A stretch of 64,000 nucleotides of DNA from Nitrospirota bacterium (GTDB lineage Bacteria; Nitrospirota; UBA9217), in NCBI GenBank assembly GCA_963741205.1, contig CAVUHW010000020.1:256001-320000 (forward strand). Direction: 5' to 3'. The notes under the pieces are model-generated. The model was not told the origin of the DNA. It searched no databases and saw nothing but the letters and a program-made list of their open reading frames with translations. Positions 43,205-54,456 of this stretch are shown one piece after another. The first letter of the stretch is position 1; each line of letters opens with the position of its first letter. The position numbers were made by a program, and so were the translations under genes.

Positions 43205-43670
43205 CTAGACGGTCATCTCCGGCACGATCATCCACTCCATGGCCCATCTCCCGTCGTCGGATCGCTTTATGCAGACGAGCCCTCCCATCTTGAAGTCCAC
43301 GAACATCTTCTCTTTGTCCCCACAGAGAAGCAACCCGGCAAGCTTCGCCAGGTAGGGAAGGTGGCCCACGAGCATGATGTCTTCGTTCATTTCAGCGACG
43401 CGCTTCGACCAGGCGGCAGGGTCATCCAGGGGCGCGAGGTTATCGGTCGCCGTCACGCCCTTCTCCGGCTTCAGATAGTCCGCAAGCACCTTCGCGGTCT
43501 GTGCGGCCCTTTTCTTTCCGCTGTGATAATATGGCGCTTACCCTGACACCGAGTTTCTGGGCATACACGGCGGTCCTCGCAATATCCCTGAAACCTTTGT
43601 CGGTCAGTCCCCTCTCCGGGTCTTCCTCCACCTTCTTCGCCTCGGCATGCTGGACAAGATAGAGCAGCAT
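43205..43670 (-). CDS. sixA: Phosphohistidine phosphatase (frameshifted)
   Basis: LYLVQHAEA, MLVGHLP. Confidence 0.85.
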
Positions 43671-43792
43671 GAACATCACCTCCTGTGCATCGCACCGATT
43701 GTGCTCCTGAGATAGTATAATTATATCGTAGCAGCTGAGGAACCCTGATATGCGCGATCGAAATGCAAAACGAGCAAAGGAGGCTTCAGAGC

Positions 43793-45517
43793 ATGAGACC
43801 CCATGACATCCTGCCGCTGGCCGTCCCGCTGGTCGGGTTCTTCCTGCTTTTTTCCAATGTCCAAGCTGAAAATAAAAACAAGCCTTCCGGTCCTGAACAG
43901 TGGGACAGGTTCGTCCAGGATTTCATCGAATCGTTCTTTACCGCCCACCCGGATGCAGCCGTTTTTGCGGGTCGTCATGAGTTCGACGGCAAGCTTCCTG
44001 ACTGGAGCCGGGCCGGTCTGGATCGGGAAGGCCGGCGTCTTCGCGCCGAGCGGGAACGTGCGCTGTCCTTTAATCCCGCGGACCTCGATGAACGACGGCG
44101 CTTCGAGCGCGAGTACCTGACGGCGGTCGTAGACGGGAAATTATTCTGGCTGACCTCTGCGGGATGGCCGTACAGGAACCCGGTCTTTTACGAACGCGCC
44201 CTTGATCCCAATGTGTACCTCATGCGCGAATATGCGCCTTTGGCAAAACGCATGGCCGCCTACATCAGGTATGCGAAGGCGGTCCCTCTTGCTACCAGGC
44301 AGATTCGAGACAATCTGCGGCCGCCGCTTCCCCGGCACTATCTCTCTATCGGACGCACTATCTTCGCCGGCTTGGCATCGTATTATGAGAAGGACGTACC
44401 CGCGGCCTTTTCTCCGGTGAACGACCTGAAGTTGCAGAGGGACTTCCGAGCGGCCAATGAAACGGCGATACAGGCGATGAAAGAGCTTGTGGTCGGGATT
44501 GAAAGCCTGGAGGCCTCCGCAACCGAAGATTTTGCACTGGGAGCCGAGCGGCTTCGTGAAATGCTGTGGACGACAGAAAGGATCGACGCCTCGCTTGAAA
44601 GCCTTGAGACGACGGCCAGGCAGGACTTGGAGCGCAATACGGCGGCTCTGCGCCAAGCCTGTGCCGAGTTCGCTCCCGGGAAGACGATTCCGGAGTGCAT
44701 TGCGCTGGTGCAGGGGAAAAAACCGGAGGGCGGGGCGGTTGCCGAGGCGCAGCAGCAACTCTCCCTGCTCAAGACGTTCATCCGGGAAAAGGACCTCGTC
44801 TCGATCCCCGGCGAGGAGGAAGCACGCGTCGCGGAGTCCCCGCCCTACAAGCGCTGGAATCTCGCCTATATCGATATCCCCGGTCCCTATGAGAAAGGGC
44901 TGCCCTCAACTTACTATATAGCGCCTCCGAACCCATCCTGGTCGGCGGCGGAGCGCGATGCGTATGTCCCGGGCAGGACGAACCTCTTGTTTGTATCTGT
45001 CCATGAGGTCTGGCCCGGCCACTTCCTGCAGTTTCTCCACGCGCACCGGACGCCATCGAAGTTCAGCCAGGTCTTCGTCGGTTACGCCTATTCGGAAGGA
45101 TGGGCGCACTACACCGAGGAGATGATGTGGGAGGCAGGCCTCGGCAAGGGGGCCCCGGAGGTACACATCGGCCAGCTCATGAACGCCCTGCTCCGTGACG
45201 TGCGGTTCATTTCCGCACTGGGTTTACATACCGGACGCATGACGGTGGCGGAATCGGAGAGGATGTTCCGTGAGTCCGCCTGCGAAGACCCGGGTAACGC
45301 CAGACAGCAGGCTGAACGGGGCGCCTTCGATCCCGCCTATCTGAACTACACCGTCGGCAAGCTCATGATCCGCAAGCTGCGGGACGACTGGACGTCGTCG
45401 CGGGGGGGACGTCAGGCGTGGCGCGCATTCCACGACCGATTCCTTTCATACGGCGGGCCTCCGATCCCGCTCGTCCGCACCCAAATGATGGGCAAGGATG
45501 CGGGACCGCTTTTTTGA
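43793..45517 (+). CDS. Exported DUF885-family protein
   Basis: Signal peptide; HEVWPGHF, EGWAHYTE, YTVGK. Confidence 0.85.
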   Translation: MRPHDILPLAVPLVGFFLLFSNVQAENKNKPSGPEQWDRFVQDFIESFFTAHPDAAVFAGRHEFDGKLPDWSRAGLDREGRRLRAERERALSFNPADLDERRRFEREYLTAVVDGKLFWLTSAGWPYRNPVFYERALDPNVYLMREYAPLAKRMAAYIRYAKAVPLATRQIRDNLRPPLPRHYLSIGRTIFAGLASYYEKDVPAAFSPVNDLKLQRDFRAANETAIQAMKELVVGIESLEASATEDFALGAERLREMLWTTERIDASLESLETTARQDLERNTAALRQACAEFAPGKTIPECIALVQGKKPEGGAVAEAQQQLSLLKTFIREKDLVSIPGEEEARVAESPPYKRWNLAYIDIPGPYEKGLPSTYYIAPPNPSWSAAERDAYVPGRTNLLFVSVHEVWPGHFLQFLHAHRTPSKFSQVFVGYAYSEGWAHYTEEMMWEAGLGKGAPEVHIGQLMNALLRDVRFISALGLHTGRMTVAESERMFRESACEDPGNARQQAERGAFDPAYLNYTVGKLMIRKLRDDWTSSRGGRQAWRAFHDRFLSYGGPPIPLVRTQMMGKDAGPLF

Positions 45518-45610
45518 GTGATAACGGGACTGCCCAGTACCAATTCTCTCGCAAAGTCGCCAGAGAAACCTTTACAAGGAATTCGTTGGTGAAGCCCATA
45601 GCCTCTTTTA

Positions 45611-45678
45611 GTAATCCGGGCTTGACCGGAATCCATCGGCCCTCGATACAAAAATGAATTCCCTTTCGCAGGAATGAC
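45611..45678. repeat. REP/RPE-like palindromic element
   Basis: gtaatccgggcttgaccggaatcc ... gaattccctttcgcaggaatgac. Confidence 0.5.
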
Positions 45679-45768
45679 AAGGAGACCCAACCCGGTTAAC
45701 CTTTCAATGCGTAATATGCGAGCTTGCGCGAGACGCACTGCTTCTCGCCGAGATACGAAAACCATGAA

Positions 45769-46449
45769 ATGGCCCGACGACCATTCACGATCGACCAGGC
45801 GCGCGATCTCCAGCTCCGGCTCCGGAAAATAGTCAGGATCGCCCCCCTCAAAAAAGAGCCGAGATACATTGCGGGCGTGGACGCGGCTTTCTCTGATGAC
45901 GCCGTCTTCGCCGCGTCATGCCTTTATCTTTTCCCGGAACTGGCCCTGCTTGAAGAAAGTTTTGCCGTCAAACAACTTTCGTTTCCCTACGTTCCGGGCT
46001 ACCTGGCTTTTCGGGAAGGACCCGCAATCATGGCCGCACTCGAACAGTTGCCGCGAAAGCCTGACCTCATCCTGGTCGACGGACAGGGAATTGCCCATCC
46101 CCGCGGCATGGGGATCGCCTCGTATCTCGGAGTGCTGTCAGGCATTCCCTCGATCGGCTGCGCCAAGTCGAGACTGGTCGGCGAGCACGACGAGCCGCGT
46201 AGAAAAAAAGGCGACTGGTCGCCGCTCCGGTTCGACGGCAAAACCATCGGCGCGGTCTTAAGAACACGGGACAATACCCGGCCCCTCTTCATCTCTCCCG
46301 GCCACAAGACCGACCTTGACAGCTCGATCCGCCTAACCCTTGCCTGCACCGGCGCCTTTCGCATTCCCGAGCCGATCAGATGCGCGGACATGTTTTCAAA
46401 AAAAATAAAAAATAGGGAGCTGTTTCGTCGGAATGGGGATGTCGCTTAA
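45769..46449 (+). CDS. nfi: Endonuclease V (start uncertain)
   Basis: AGVD, FPYVPGYLAFRE, VDGQGIAHPR, GCAKSRL, ISPGH. Confidence 0.93.
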   Translation: MARRPFTIDQARDLQLRLRKIVRIAPLKKEPRYIAGVDAAFSDDAVFAASCLYLFPELALLEESFAVKQLSFPYVPGYLAFREGPAIMAALEQLPRKPDLILVDGQGIAHPRGMGIASYLGVLSGIPSIGCAKSRLVGEHDEPRRKKGDWSPLRFDGKTIGAVLRTRDNTRPLFISPGHKTDLDSSIRLTLACTGAFRIPEPIRCADMFSKKIKNRELFRRNGDVA

Positions 46450-46486
46450 ATTCGAAGATCTCCTGCAAGGACCGTCGTCAAGCCCT

Positions 46487-47020
46487 TCATTCAGCCAAGT
46501 CGGCTTCCACATCAAGAAAGAGCTGCACCTCTTTTCCCGCGACCAATCCGCCTCCTTCCATCAGTTCGCTTCCCCACATGATGCCGAAGTCCTCGCGGTC
46601 TATCGTCGTGGAACCGGAAAAACCCAGGGTCATTTCGCCGCCGTAGGGGGTCTTACGCGGCCCGGCATACTCCCCCTCGAACGTGACCTGCCGCGTCGTA
46701 CCGTGGATCGTCAATTTGCCGTTCACCCGGCAGCGGTTGCCGTCGAGAAATTCGACTGACTCGCTTGAAAACTTGATCGTCGGATATTTCCCCTGGTCGA
46801 AAAAGTCTCCGGTCAGCAGATGCGCGTCCCGGTTTTTGTTCCCCGTCATAACGCTTGAGACGTCGATTTCAACGTCAACGGAAACGTGCGAACGGTCAGC
46901 AGGATCATAATGGATCGCCCCCTGCATCTTCGTGAACTGGCCTCGAACATTGGCGAGGGCCATATGCCGGATCGCAAAAGCCGCGCAGGAATGGTTCGGA
47001 TCAATCGTCCAGATAGCCAT
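46487..47020 (-). CDS. YceI-family protein
   Basis: WTIDPNHS, RDAHL, LTIHG, DREDFG. Confidence 0.9.
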   Translation of the reverse strand: MAIWTIDPNHSCAAFAIRHMALANVRGQFTKMQGAIHYDPADRSHVSVDVEIDVSSVMTGNKNRDAHLLTGDFFDQGKYPTIKFSSESVEFLDGNRCRVNGKLTIHGTTRQVTFEGEYAGPRKTPYGGEMTLGFSGSTTIDREDFGIMWGSELMEGGGLVAGKEVQLFLDVEADLAE

Positions 47021-47191
47021 AAGATTCCCTCCTCTCAAACTGCCTCTGTAGCAATTATACAGATTTTCCCTGCGCCCCACGCTGATAATTGACCTATTAA
47101 AAATGTTTTTTTTGCGTTCTTCCCTATTGCGAAACGATAGACAGAGATTTATAATAGGGCGACAATTTCGGCGAAAGGCGGGACTTAAGCG

Positions 47192-48293
47192 GTGCGCATC
47201 AAAAGCAGTCGCACTCATCTCCGGCGGGCTGGACAGCGTGCTGGCGGCCAAGGTGATCATGGAACAGGGTTTCGATGTCCTCGGGCTCTATTTTACCTCC
47301 GCCTTTTCCAAGAACTACGGCAAAGAGCAGGATACGCACGCGGCCCACGTCTCCAAGGCCATCGGCATCGACCTTCGCGTCATCGACATGGGGCAGGCTT
47401 ACATCGATCTGGTCCGTAACCCCGTTCACGGCTATGGTAAAAACGTGAACCCCTGCATCGACTGCAAGATCTTCATGCTCAAGTACGCCAAGGCTGTCAT
47501 GCAGGAAATAAAGGCCCCGTTCGCGGTCACCGGCGAGGTCCTGGGCCAACGCCCGATGTCGCAGCGGCGAGATACCTTGCACGTTATCGAGCGCGACTGC
47601 GATATGCGGGGTCTGATCGTTCGTCCCCTCTCCGCAACGCTCCTGCCTCCCACCAAGGCCGAGCAGGACGGGCTGATCCAGCGGGACAAGCTCCTGGGCA
47701 TCAGCGGCCGGTCCCGCACGGTCCAACTGCAGCTTGCGGAACGCTATGGCATCCGCGGTTACTCCACCCCTGCCGGCGGATGCCTGCTCACGGACAAGAA
47801 CTTCTCCGAAAAACTTCGCGACCTGTTTGAAGACCAGCGGGCCGTCAACTCCGACGACATCCGACTTTTGACCGTCGGCCGTCATTTCCGGATCGACCGG
47901 GGGATCAAGATCGTCCTCGGACGCGACAACAAAGAGAACACCATGCTCATGTCGCTGGCGCAGAACGGGTATCATCTGTTCACGCCCCATGGTTTCCCCG
48001 GGCCCGTGGCCCTGCTGCAAGGAGATCCCTCACAGGATACCAGGCAAACCATCGGGAGACTGATAATCACTTACAGCAAGCGCGTCCCTGGCCGTAAATA
48101 CCGCATCCAGCACGGCAACGAGGTCTTCGACCCCGGGGAACCGCTGCCTATCAACGGATCACCGCTCCGGCGGCTCGGGGCGGACAGTATAGCAATTTCC
48201 TTCCGCCTGGCTTCATCATCTCCCTGCACCTACCCTTTTACCGGCATCGCGCTTGTCGGTTCGAGTGTCCCGCCTTTCCCCGTGCCATGCTAA
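47192..48293 (+). CDS. PP-loop tRNA thiolation-like protein (ThiI-related, no THUMP domain); ends approximate
   Basis: SGGLDS, NPCIDC, TGEVLGQRPMSQ, AGGCLLT, GRHFR. Confidence 0.75.
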
Positions 48294-48338
48294 AATAGGA
48301 GCAGGTCCTTCCCATCACCCATCTCAATCGAGGAGCAT

Positions 48339-49425
48339 ATGCCGGGTCTATCAATGAAGGCGGTGCAGGAATATCTCGAATCCCTTTACAACCAACCGGT
48401 GCGGCTTTTGTCCATGACGACACGGGGCTCGCAGGAGGAGGGAGACGACCTGAAGGGGTTCGGATACGGCTCGCCGTTGTTCATTGAATATCGAGATCGC
48501 CGAAGGCCGGAGAAAGGCCGTGTTGGAGACCATGGCGCCTTCCACGTTCGGACACGATCATTTTTCAGACCGCGCCCAAACCATCCTGTGGGAGCACTCG
48601 GCGTTCAACGACCTGCCGCGCCATGTTCGCTCCCTGGACAGCGGCGCATTTCTCGATTCCGGCGGATGATCTCGACGGGGAAGGCGCAGGAGTTTTTTCT
48701 GCTCACCGAATTTGCGGACGGCTCCGGGTATTTCAAGGACCTGGAGCGGATCCGGGACACGGGCGCGGCTGAAGAAGCCGATCTCCTGAGGGTCCTGGCC
48801 TTGTCGGACTATCTCGTCGAGATTCACCGGAAAAAAACCGATGTCCCCGGGCTCTACGTCCGGCGCATCCGCGACCTCCTCGGCCACGGTGAATGCATCA
48901 TGGGGATCATCGACAGCTATCCGGAGGCGTTTGACTTCATCAACGCACCGCTCCTCGAACAGATCGAACGGGCATGCGTCGCATGGCGCTGGCAGATAAA
49001 GCGACCGGACGCACCGCCTCTGCCAGGTCCACGGAGACTTCCATCCCTGGAATGTGCTCTTCCGCGCAGGGACGGACTTCTCGGTGCTTGACCGCTCGCG
49101 GGGCGAATGGGGCGAGCCGGCTGATGACACCGCCACAATGAGCATCAACTATCTGTTCTTTTCCCTCCAGCGCTCCGGCAGGTTCGAGGGCGCATTCGAG
49201 AAATTGTTCACGGTCTTCTGGGACAACTACCTCGAAAAAACAGGCGACCGCGAGATGCTGGAGGTTATTGCGCCTTTCTTTGCCTTTCGGGGCCTGGTGA
49301 TCGCCAGCCCGCTTTGGTATCCGCACCTCCCCTCTGTTCTCAGAAAAACCGTTTTCACCTTCATTCAGAACGTCCTCGGCGCGGGAAGCTTCGACCCGGG
49401 AGACATGAACAGGTATCTCCGATGA
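48339..49425 (+). CDS. APH/choline-kinase-like phosphotransferase (several frameshifts)
   Basis: LKGFGYG, FGHDHFSDRA, QVHGDFHPWN, LDRSRG. Confidence 0.75.
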
Positions 49426-49951
49426 GTCACCGGGCAGGGGTTCGCCGTCTGGATAACCGGCCTTCCGGCGTCCGGCAAGAGTTCCATCACCCGCGAGCTC
49501 GTAAAAAGGCTGCGCGAGCTTCAGGTGCCGGTGGTTGTGCTGGAATCCGACAGATTGCGAAAAATCCTGACGCCCAACGCGACGTATAGCCCCGGAGGAA
49601 CGTGACCGGTTTTACCGTACCATGGCTTTGCTGGGAGAATTAATCACGCGAAACAGCGTCAATGTGATCTTCGATGCCACGGCAAACCGGCGTGGCTACC
49701 GCGATTACGCGCGAACGCTCATCCCGAAATTCCTTGAAGCCTATGTGCGATGTCCCCTCGAGGTCTGCATGAAACGGGACCCCAAAGGGATCTACAACCG
49801 CGCCCGTTCAGGCGCTGTCGTCACGGTGCCGGGGCTCCAGGCTGAATATGAGCCGCCCAGAGTCCCGGAAATCACGCTGGATTGCGAGGCCCGCCCAGAA
49901 ACGAGCGCCGAAGTCGTTTTAAACAAGCTGAAGCAATTATTGTATATATAA
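49422..49951 (+). CDS. Adenylyl-sulfate-kinase-like P-loop kinase (frameshifted)
   Basis: WITGLPASGKS, RDPKGIY, YEPP. Confidence 0.75.
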
Positions 49952-50022
49952 ACAGTTTTTTCCTGCCTATTTATGAAACTCATTTGACTGGCTTTGACCC
50001 CTCCTATAGAATAGCCCCCATT

Positions 50023-50469
50023 ATGGGGAAAAAAGTAACTTACGAGCGATGGATCAACCTGTTTCTGCCGGACGGATGGAACGAGCGTGAAGAGATGGGT
50101 TTTATAATGCTGGAGAAGGAAGGATGGCCCGGCATGGTTCAGCTTACCTTCATCGAACGGGATGAATCAAAGCTGCCGCCGGTAGAAGCCGCCAAGATAC
50201 TTCTTGAGGATACCCTGGAGGAACGCGATGTCCCTTTCCCGCGGGAGGCTATCAGGGTTGAGGACCGGGGAGATATGGGGATCGCGAGCCTTGACTACCT
50301 CTTTCAGGACAAGGACGAGCCTACTCACTGGCGAATCTGGTTCCTGGCAGACAAAACCCGTGCGCTTATGGCCGCCTACATCAGCGCGCCCGAACTCGAC
50401 GTTCCACACCTCGATGAAGCCACGCGCATTATCGCCGATATTGAATTCATCGGAAGCACGAACGACTGA
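50023..50469 (+). CDS. Hypothetical protein
   Basis: Acidic 148-aa ORF (LPDGW...HWRIWF) preceded by a sigma70-like promoter. Confidence 0.6.
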   Translation: MGKKVTYERWINLFLPDGWNEREEMGFIMLEKEGWPGMVQLTFIERDESKLPPVEAAKILLEDTLEERDVPFPREAIRVEDRGDMGIASLDYLFQDKDEPTHWRIWFLADKTRALMAAYISAPELDVPHLDEATRIIADIEFIGSTND

Positions 50470-50530
50470 GCCACCCTTGAGCAGCGGCGTTCCGTCTTCG
50501 ACCATCACGAGCCGGTGAGCAGCAGAAGAC

Positions 50531-50560
50531 AAAAAAAAGGACGCCTCACTTCGGCGTCCT
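50531..50560 (-). terminator. Intrinsic terminator downstream of the sigma factor gene
   Basis: aggacgcc-gaagtga-ggcgtcct-ttttttt on the minus strand. Confidence 0.7.
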
Positions 50561-50597
50561 CCTCGATAATTTCCCTTCAGAATCTCCTGATTCAAAA

Positions 50598-51957
50598 TCA
50601 AACGTACTCGCGCAGCAGCTTGCTGCGGGCCGGATGGCGAAGCTTTTTTAGCGCCTTGATCTCGATCTGACGGATTCGCTCCCTGGTGAGGTTGAAAAAT
50701 TTCCCCACCTCTTCAAGCGTGTGCTCGCTGCCCACCCCGATGCCGAAGCGCATCCGTATGATCTTCTCTTCCCGCTCCGTAAGCGATGAGAGCACCTGTT
50801 CAATGCGGTTTGCCGCCTCGTTGTTTTCCAGCGTTTTGAAGGGGGAAATGGATTTTTCGTCGATAATGACGTCCTTCAGTTCCTTTTCCTCGGAGAGGAT
50901 GGGCGTCTCCAGGGATACGGGTTCCTGGATCGCGCGAAGGATTTCATTCACCCGAACGACGGACAGCCCCATGAGCTTGGAGACCTCTTCGGGCGCAGGC
51001 TCTCTCCCCTTTTCACGCATGAACTTGGTATAAATACGGCTGATCCGGGTGCTTTCCTCGATCAGATGTACGGGCAGGCGGATCGTACGCGCCTGGTCGA
51101 GTATTGCGCGGGTGATACGCTGTCTGATCCACCAGGTTGAATACGTGCTGAACTTCGTGCCCTTGCCTGATTCGTAGCGGTCCGCGGCCTTCATCAGCCC
51201 GATGTTGCCTTCCTGGACGAGATCGAGAAGCGTCAGGCCCCGGTTTACATACTTTTTCGCGATCGAGACAACCAGCCTGAGGTTGGCCTTGATCAACTCG
51301 TCCTTGGCCTGCTTTACCCTGACTTCTTCCTCCTCGATGCGGTTGACCATGTCCCGCAACGCCCGCTCGTCGATGCCGAGCTTTTCCAGTTCCGCCATGT
51401 TGCCCCGCTCGACCTGTTTCCCCAGCGCCACGAGCTTCTTGAGCATTTTTTCGATCTCGCGGAACGAAAGGCTCATTTCATTCAGCGTCGCTGTCGCGCG
51501 CTCCATGTCCCGCCTTGCAACCTGCCTCTTCAGCCGATTGTACTGACGCATGAAGTTGCCTCGTACGAGTCATTCCATTCACCCGGATAACGAAGAACGT
51601 CCAACGCCTTTACGAGCCCCTGCTTGATATTTGCGCCCAACGCCAGGACCCGCGGGATCGCCAACGGGGAGCTCAACGCTATCGTTTTGAGCGCGGCCTT
51701 GCCTTCCTCGAGCCGACGGACGTATTCATGCTCTTCTTCGATCTTGAGCATGGGAAACCTGCCGACGGATTTAAGGTAGGTATCGACGAGATCGGCGCCG
51801 CCGCTACTTCTTCGGCCGCGACCTCGGCGATCTCGACGGCGGTGGGCTCTTCTTCCTCTTCCTCCTCCGCGAGTTCGTCGGCGAGTTCTTCCAACACGTC
51901 TTCAGGGACCCCTTCGGGGTATTCATTTTTTTCTTCTGTCAAAACAGCCTTGCTCAT
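50598..51957 (-). CDS. RpoD-like sigma70 factor (frameshifted)
   Basis: [34 protein letters not shown]...TRERIRQIE. Confidence 0.9.
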
Positions 51958-52384
51958 ATGTCCTCTTTATATCTGCACTATCTTCTTTCGTGCTTTCATC
52001 TCTTCCTAAAACAATTATATCAGAATAAATCAACAACCCATAGTCGATCAAACATTAATTTATTTGCGCTATAATAGAATAATTTACATTGGCATCTTCT
52101 CCGCGGGTTACCCTCTGATCGTTCCCCCTGCAGAACCTGTACGCGATGTTCCCCATGTCGGGAAAAACCTGGGTCTTTCTCCCGCCTTGCGTAGCCTTCG
52201 TTGCTTCACCTCTTATTTCGATGCCGGGTGTGTCTGTCTGGTGCTCCTCTTCATCGGGGTCAGGCTGCTTTGTGAAATGACCGGAATTGCGGAGACAGTA
52301 AACAATGAAGATAAGCTTGGCAGAAAATTCTCGGCAAAAACAAAGCTCATCACGATCAGGGCATTCACAGGCCGGACGAAGATA

Positions 52385-52960
52385 TTACTTCAAACCCCGG
52401 CTGCCGGGCTTGACAGGCGCGCTCCCTGCCTTGCACAGGGGGCATGCATCCGGCTCATAGGTGGGGACATTCAGCGTAACGAGGGATTTGTACGGCACGC
52501 CGATGTCTGCTCTGCCGCCGGACCGGTCTACGAGCGAGCCCGCCGCCGCCGCTACTCCGCCTGCCCTCCTCACGACCTCGATGGTCTCTTTCGTCGACTT
52601 TCCGGTCGTGATTACGTCCTCGACCACGAGGAGGCGCTCACCCGGTTTGATGGTGAACCCGCGGCGGAGCGTCAGTTCTCCGTTTACGCGTTCGGCAAAG
52701 AGAGCGCGCACGCCGAGCGCGCGCGCGGTTTCATGTGAGACGAACACTCCCCCAAGTGCCGGGGCGATCACGGCCTCGATGCGTTCGTCCTTAAAGTGGG
52801 CCGCAAGGGCCGCGCAGAGCCGTGTCGCGATATCCGGCTCTTGCAGCACCAGCGCCGACTGAAGATACTGTTCGCTGTGCAGGCCCGATGAAAGAAGAAA
52901 ATGGCCGGTCAAAAGCGCCCCGGTTTTCCTGTAGATGTCCAATACCTGTTCTGATGTCAT
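52385..52960 (-). CDS. pyrE: Orotate phosphoribosyltransferase
   Basis: GHFLLSSGLHS, VEDVITTG. Confidence 0.95.
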   Translation of the reverse strand: MTSEQVLDIYRKTGALLTGHFLLSSGLHSEQYLQSALVLQEPDIATRLCAALAAHFKDERIEAVIAPALGGVFVSHETARALGVRALFAERVNGELTLRRGFTIKPGERLLVVEDVITTGKSTKETIEVVRRAGGVAAAAGSLVDRSGGRADIGVPYKSLVTLNVPTYEPDACPLCKAGSAPVKPGSRGLK

Positions 52961-53094
52961 CTCGTATTACTCCTTCAAAAGACAAAGGGACGTAGATTTT
53001 CACAGATCAACACAGATGAAGAAAGAAGTTCAGTTTGAAAGAAGGGACTTCAGTCATCTCTCTCCGTCCGCCTCTTGATTTGTCTTATCAGCGC

Positions 53095-53847
53095 TCATCT
53101 GCGTTCATCTCGTCCCACGTTATCCATTTCTTCCAGAATCTTCTCCACCGCCGCCTTCCGGTCCCTGGCCTTCAGTACCGGCCGCCCGACAACGATAAAA
53201 TCTGCGCCGGTCCTGACGGCCTCGCCGGGCGTCATGACCCTTTTCTGATCGTCCTTTTCCGCCCACGTCGGCCGAACGCCCGGGGTGAGGATAAGGAATT
53301 CTCCGCGCACCGACCGGCGAAGCATCTTGATCTCTTGCGGCGAAGCGACAACACCGCTCATGCCTGCGCGCTGCGACAGCCTTGCCAGATGGGCGACCTG
53401 CCGCGGAAGAGATCGCGTGATTTTCAGTTCCCGACGAAGACTCCGTCCGTCCATGCTGGTAAGAACGGTGACAGCCAGCATGATCGGAGCCGGAAGGTTG
53501 CATTTCTCCGCTGCTTCCTTCGCGGCGTATACGGCGGCGCTCATCATGTCCAGTCCGCCCAGGGCATGAACATTAAAGATGCTCACGCCGAGCTTCACGG
53601 CCTCGGTTGATGCTTTTGCAACCGTGTTCGGGATGTCGTGGTATTTAAGATCGAGGAAAACTCGACCGCCCATGCCGATGATGCGGCGCACGATATCGGG
53701 GCCATAAGCAGTAAAAAGCTGATGGCCGACCTTGAACATGCCGACCGAATCCCGGAGCTCGGCCACGAGGCCAAGCGCCTCGGCGTCATTATCGACGTCA
53801 AGGGCGATGACGAGACGATCAACCGGCCGCAATTCAGCATTCAGCAT
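53095..53847 (-). CDS. pyrF: Orotidine-5'-phosphate decarboxylase
   Basis: IALD, DLKYHDIPNT, TPGVR, VGRP. Confidence 0.96.
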   Translation of the reverse strand: MLNAELRPVDRLVIALDVDNDAEALGLVAELRDSVGMFKVGHQLFTAYGPDIVRRIIGMGGRVFLDLKYHDIPNTVAKASTEAVKLGVSIFNVHALGGLDMMSAAVYAAKEAAEKCNLPAPIMLAVTVLTSMDGRSLRRELKITRSLPRQVAHLARLSQRAGMSGVVASPQEIKMLRRSVRGEFLILTPGVRPTWAEKDDQKRVMTPGEAVRTGADFIVVGRPVLKARDRKAAVEKILEEMDNVGRDERR

Positions 53848-53868
53848 TCCGCATTCCGCATTGAAGTG

Positions 53869-54456
53869 TCAATAGATTCTGATCAAACTCAAGAGCCGGT
53901 CCTTGAACATATCCGCCAGGGTATGGAGGCTCGACACGGTCAAAAACTCTCCGGCATTGTTCGAAAACAGGAGCCAAACCTCGGCCGGGAAATCCTGGGT
54001 TTCCTCGGAGATCTCCACATGCAAGTAAACTTTCGGCAGCGCGCGCACCGTGAAAGCAAGGTCGCTCCCGATGATGCTCGGCGCCACTTTGGCGTCTATC
54101 ATGGAAAAAATCGAGTTTGCCCGGGAGATGATCCCTGATGCATAGGCGGTCAACGGCAGTTCCACCCGCTTTCGGAAATCCGGAACTGACTGACCGGCAA
54201 AGTCCCCGATAGCCCGCCAAGGCACCATGACGACCGCCGCCCCGGAAGCAAACAGGTAATCCAGAACCACTGATGCGTGCGCTTCAGGCGCCTTCTGACC
54301 GTGGATAAAGACGCCGTCGTGCCGGATGATATATTCCTGACCCAGCATGCCCAGGAGGAGCGCGTCCTGGTCTTCGCTATAAAGGGCGCAAACCCGTTCC
54401 GCTATTTCTGGAAATGCAATATGATCGAGGGCCTTCATGCTTAAGCTCCGGTTCAT
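53869..54456 (-). CDS. DUF3786-like hypothetical protein
   Basis: LDYL...W..F...; ALPKV, DFPAE pattern. Confidence 0.55.
   Translation of the reverse strand: MNRSLSMKALDHIAFPEIAERVCALYSEDQDALLLGMLGQEYIIRHDGVFIHGQKAPEAHASVVLDYLFASGAAVVMVPWRAIGDFAGQSVPDFRKRVELPLTAYASGIISRANSIFSMIDAKVAPSIIGSDLAFTVRALPKVYLHVEISEETQDFPAEVWLLFSNNAGEFLTVSSLHTLADMFKDRLLSLIRIY

Noticed and set aside
52010-52380. Hidden gene or ncRNA between the sigma factor gene and pyrE
   Set aside because: No convincing ORF, motif or stable structure recognised by eye
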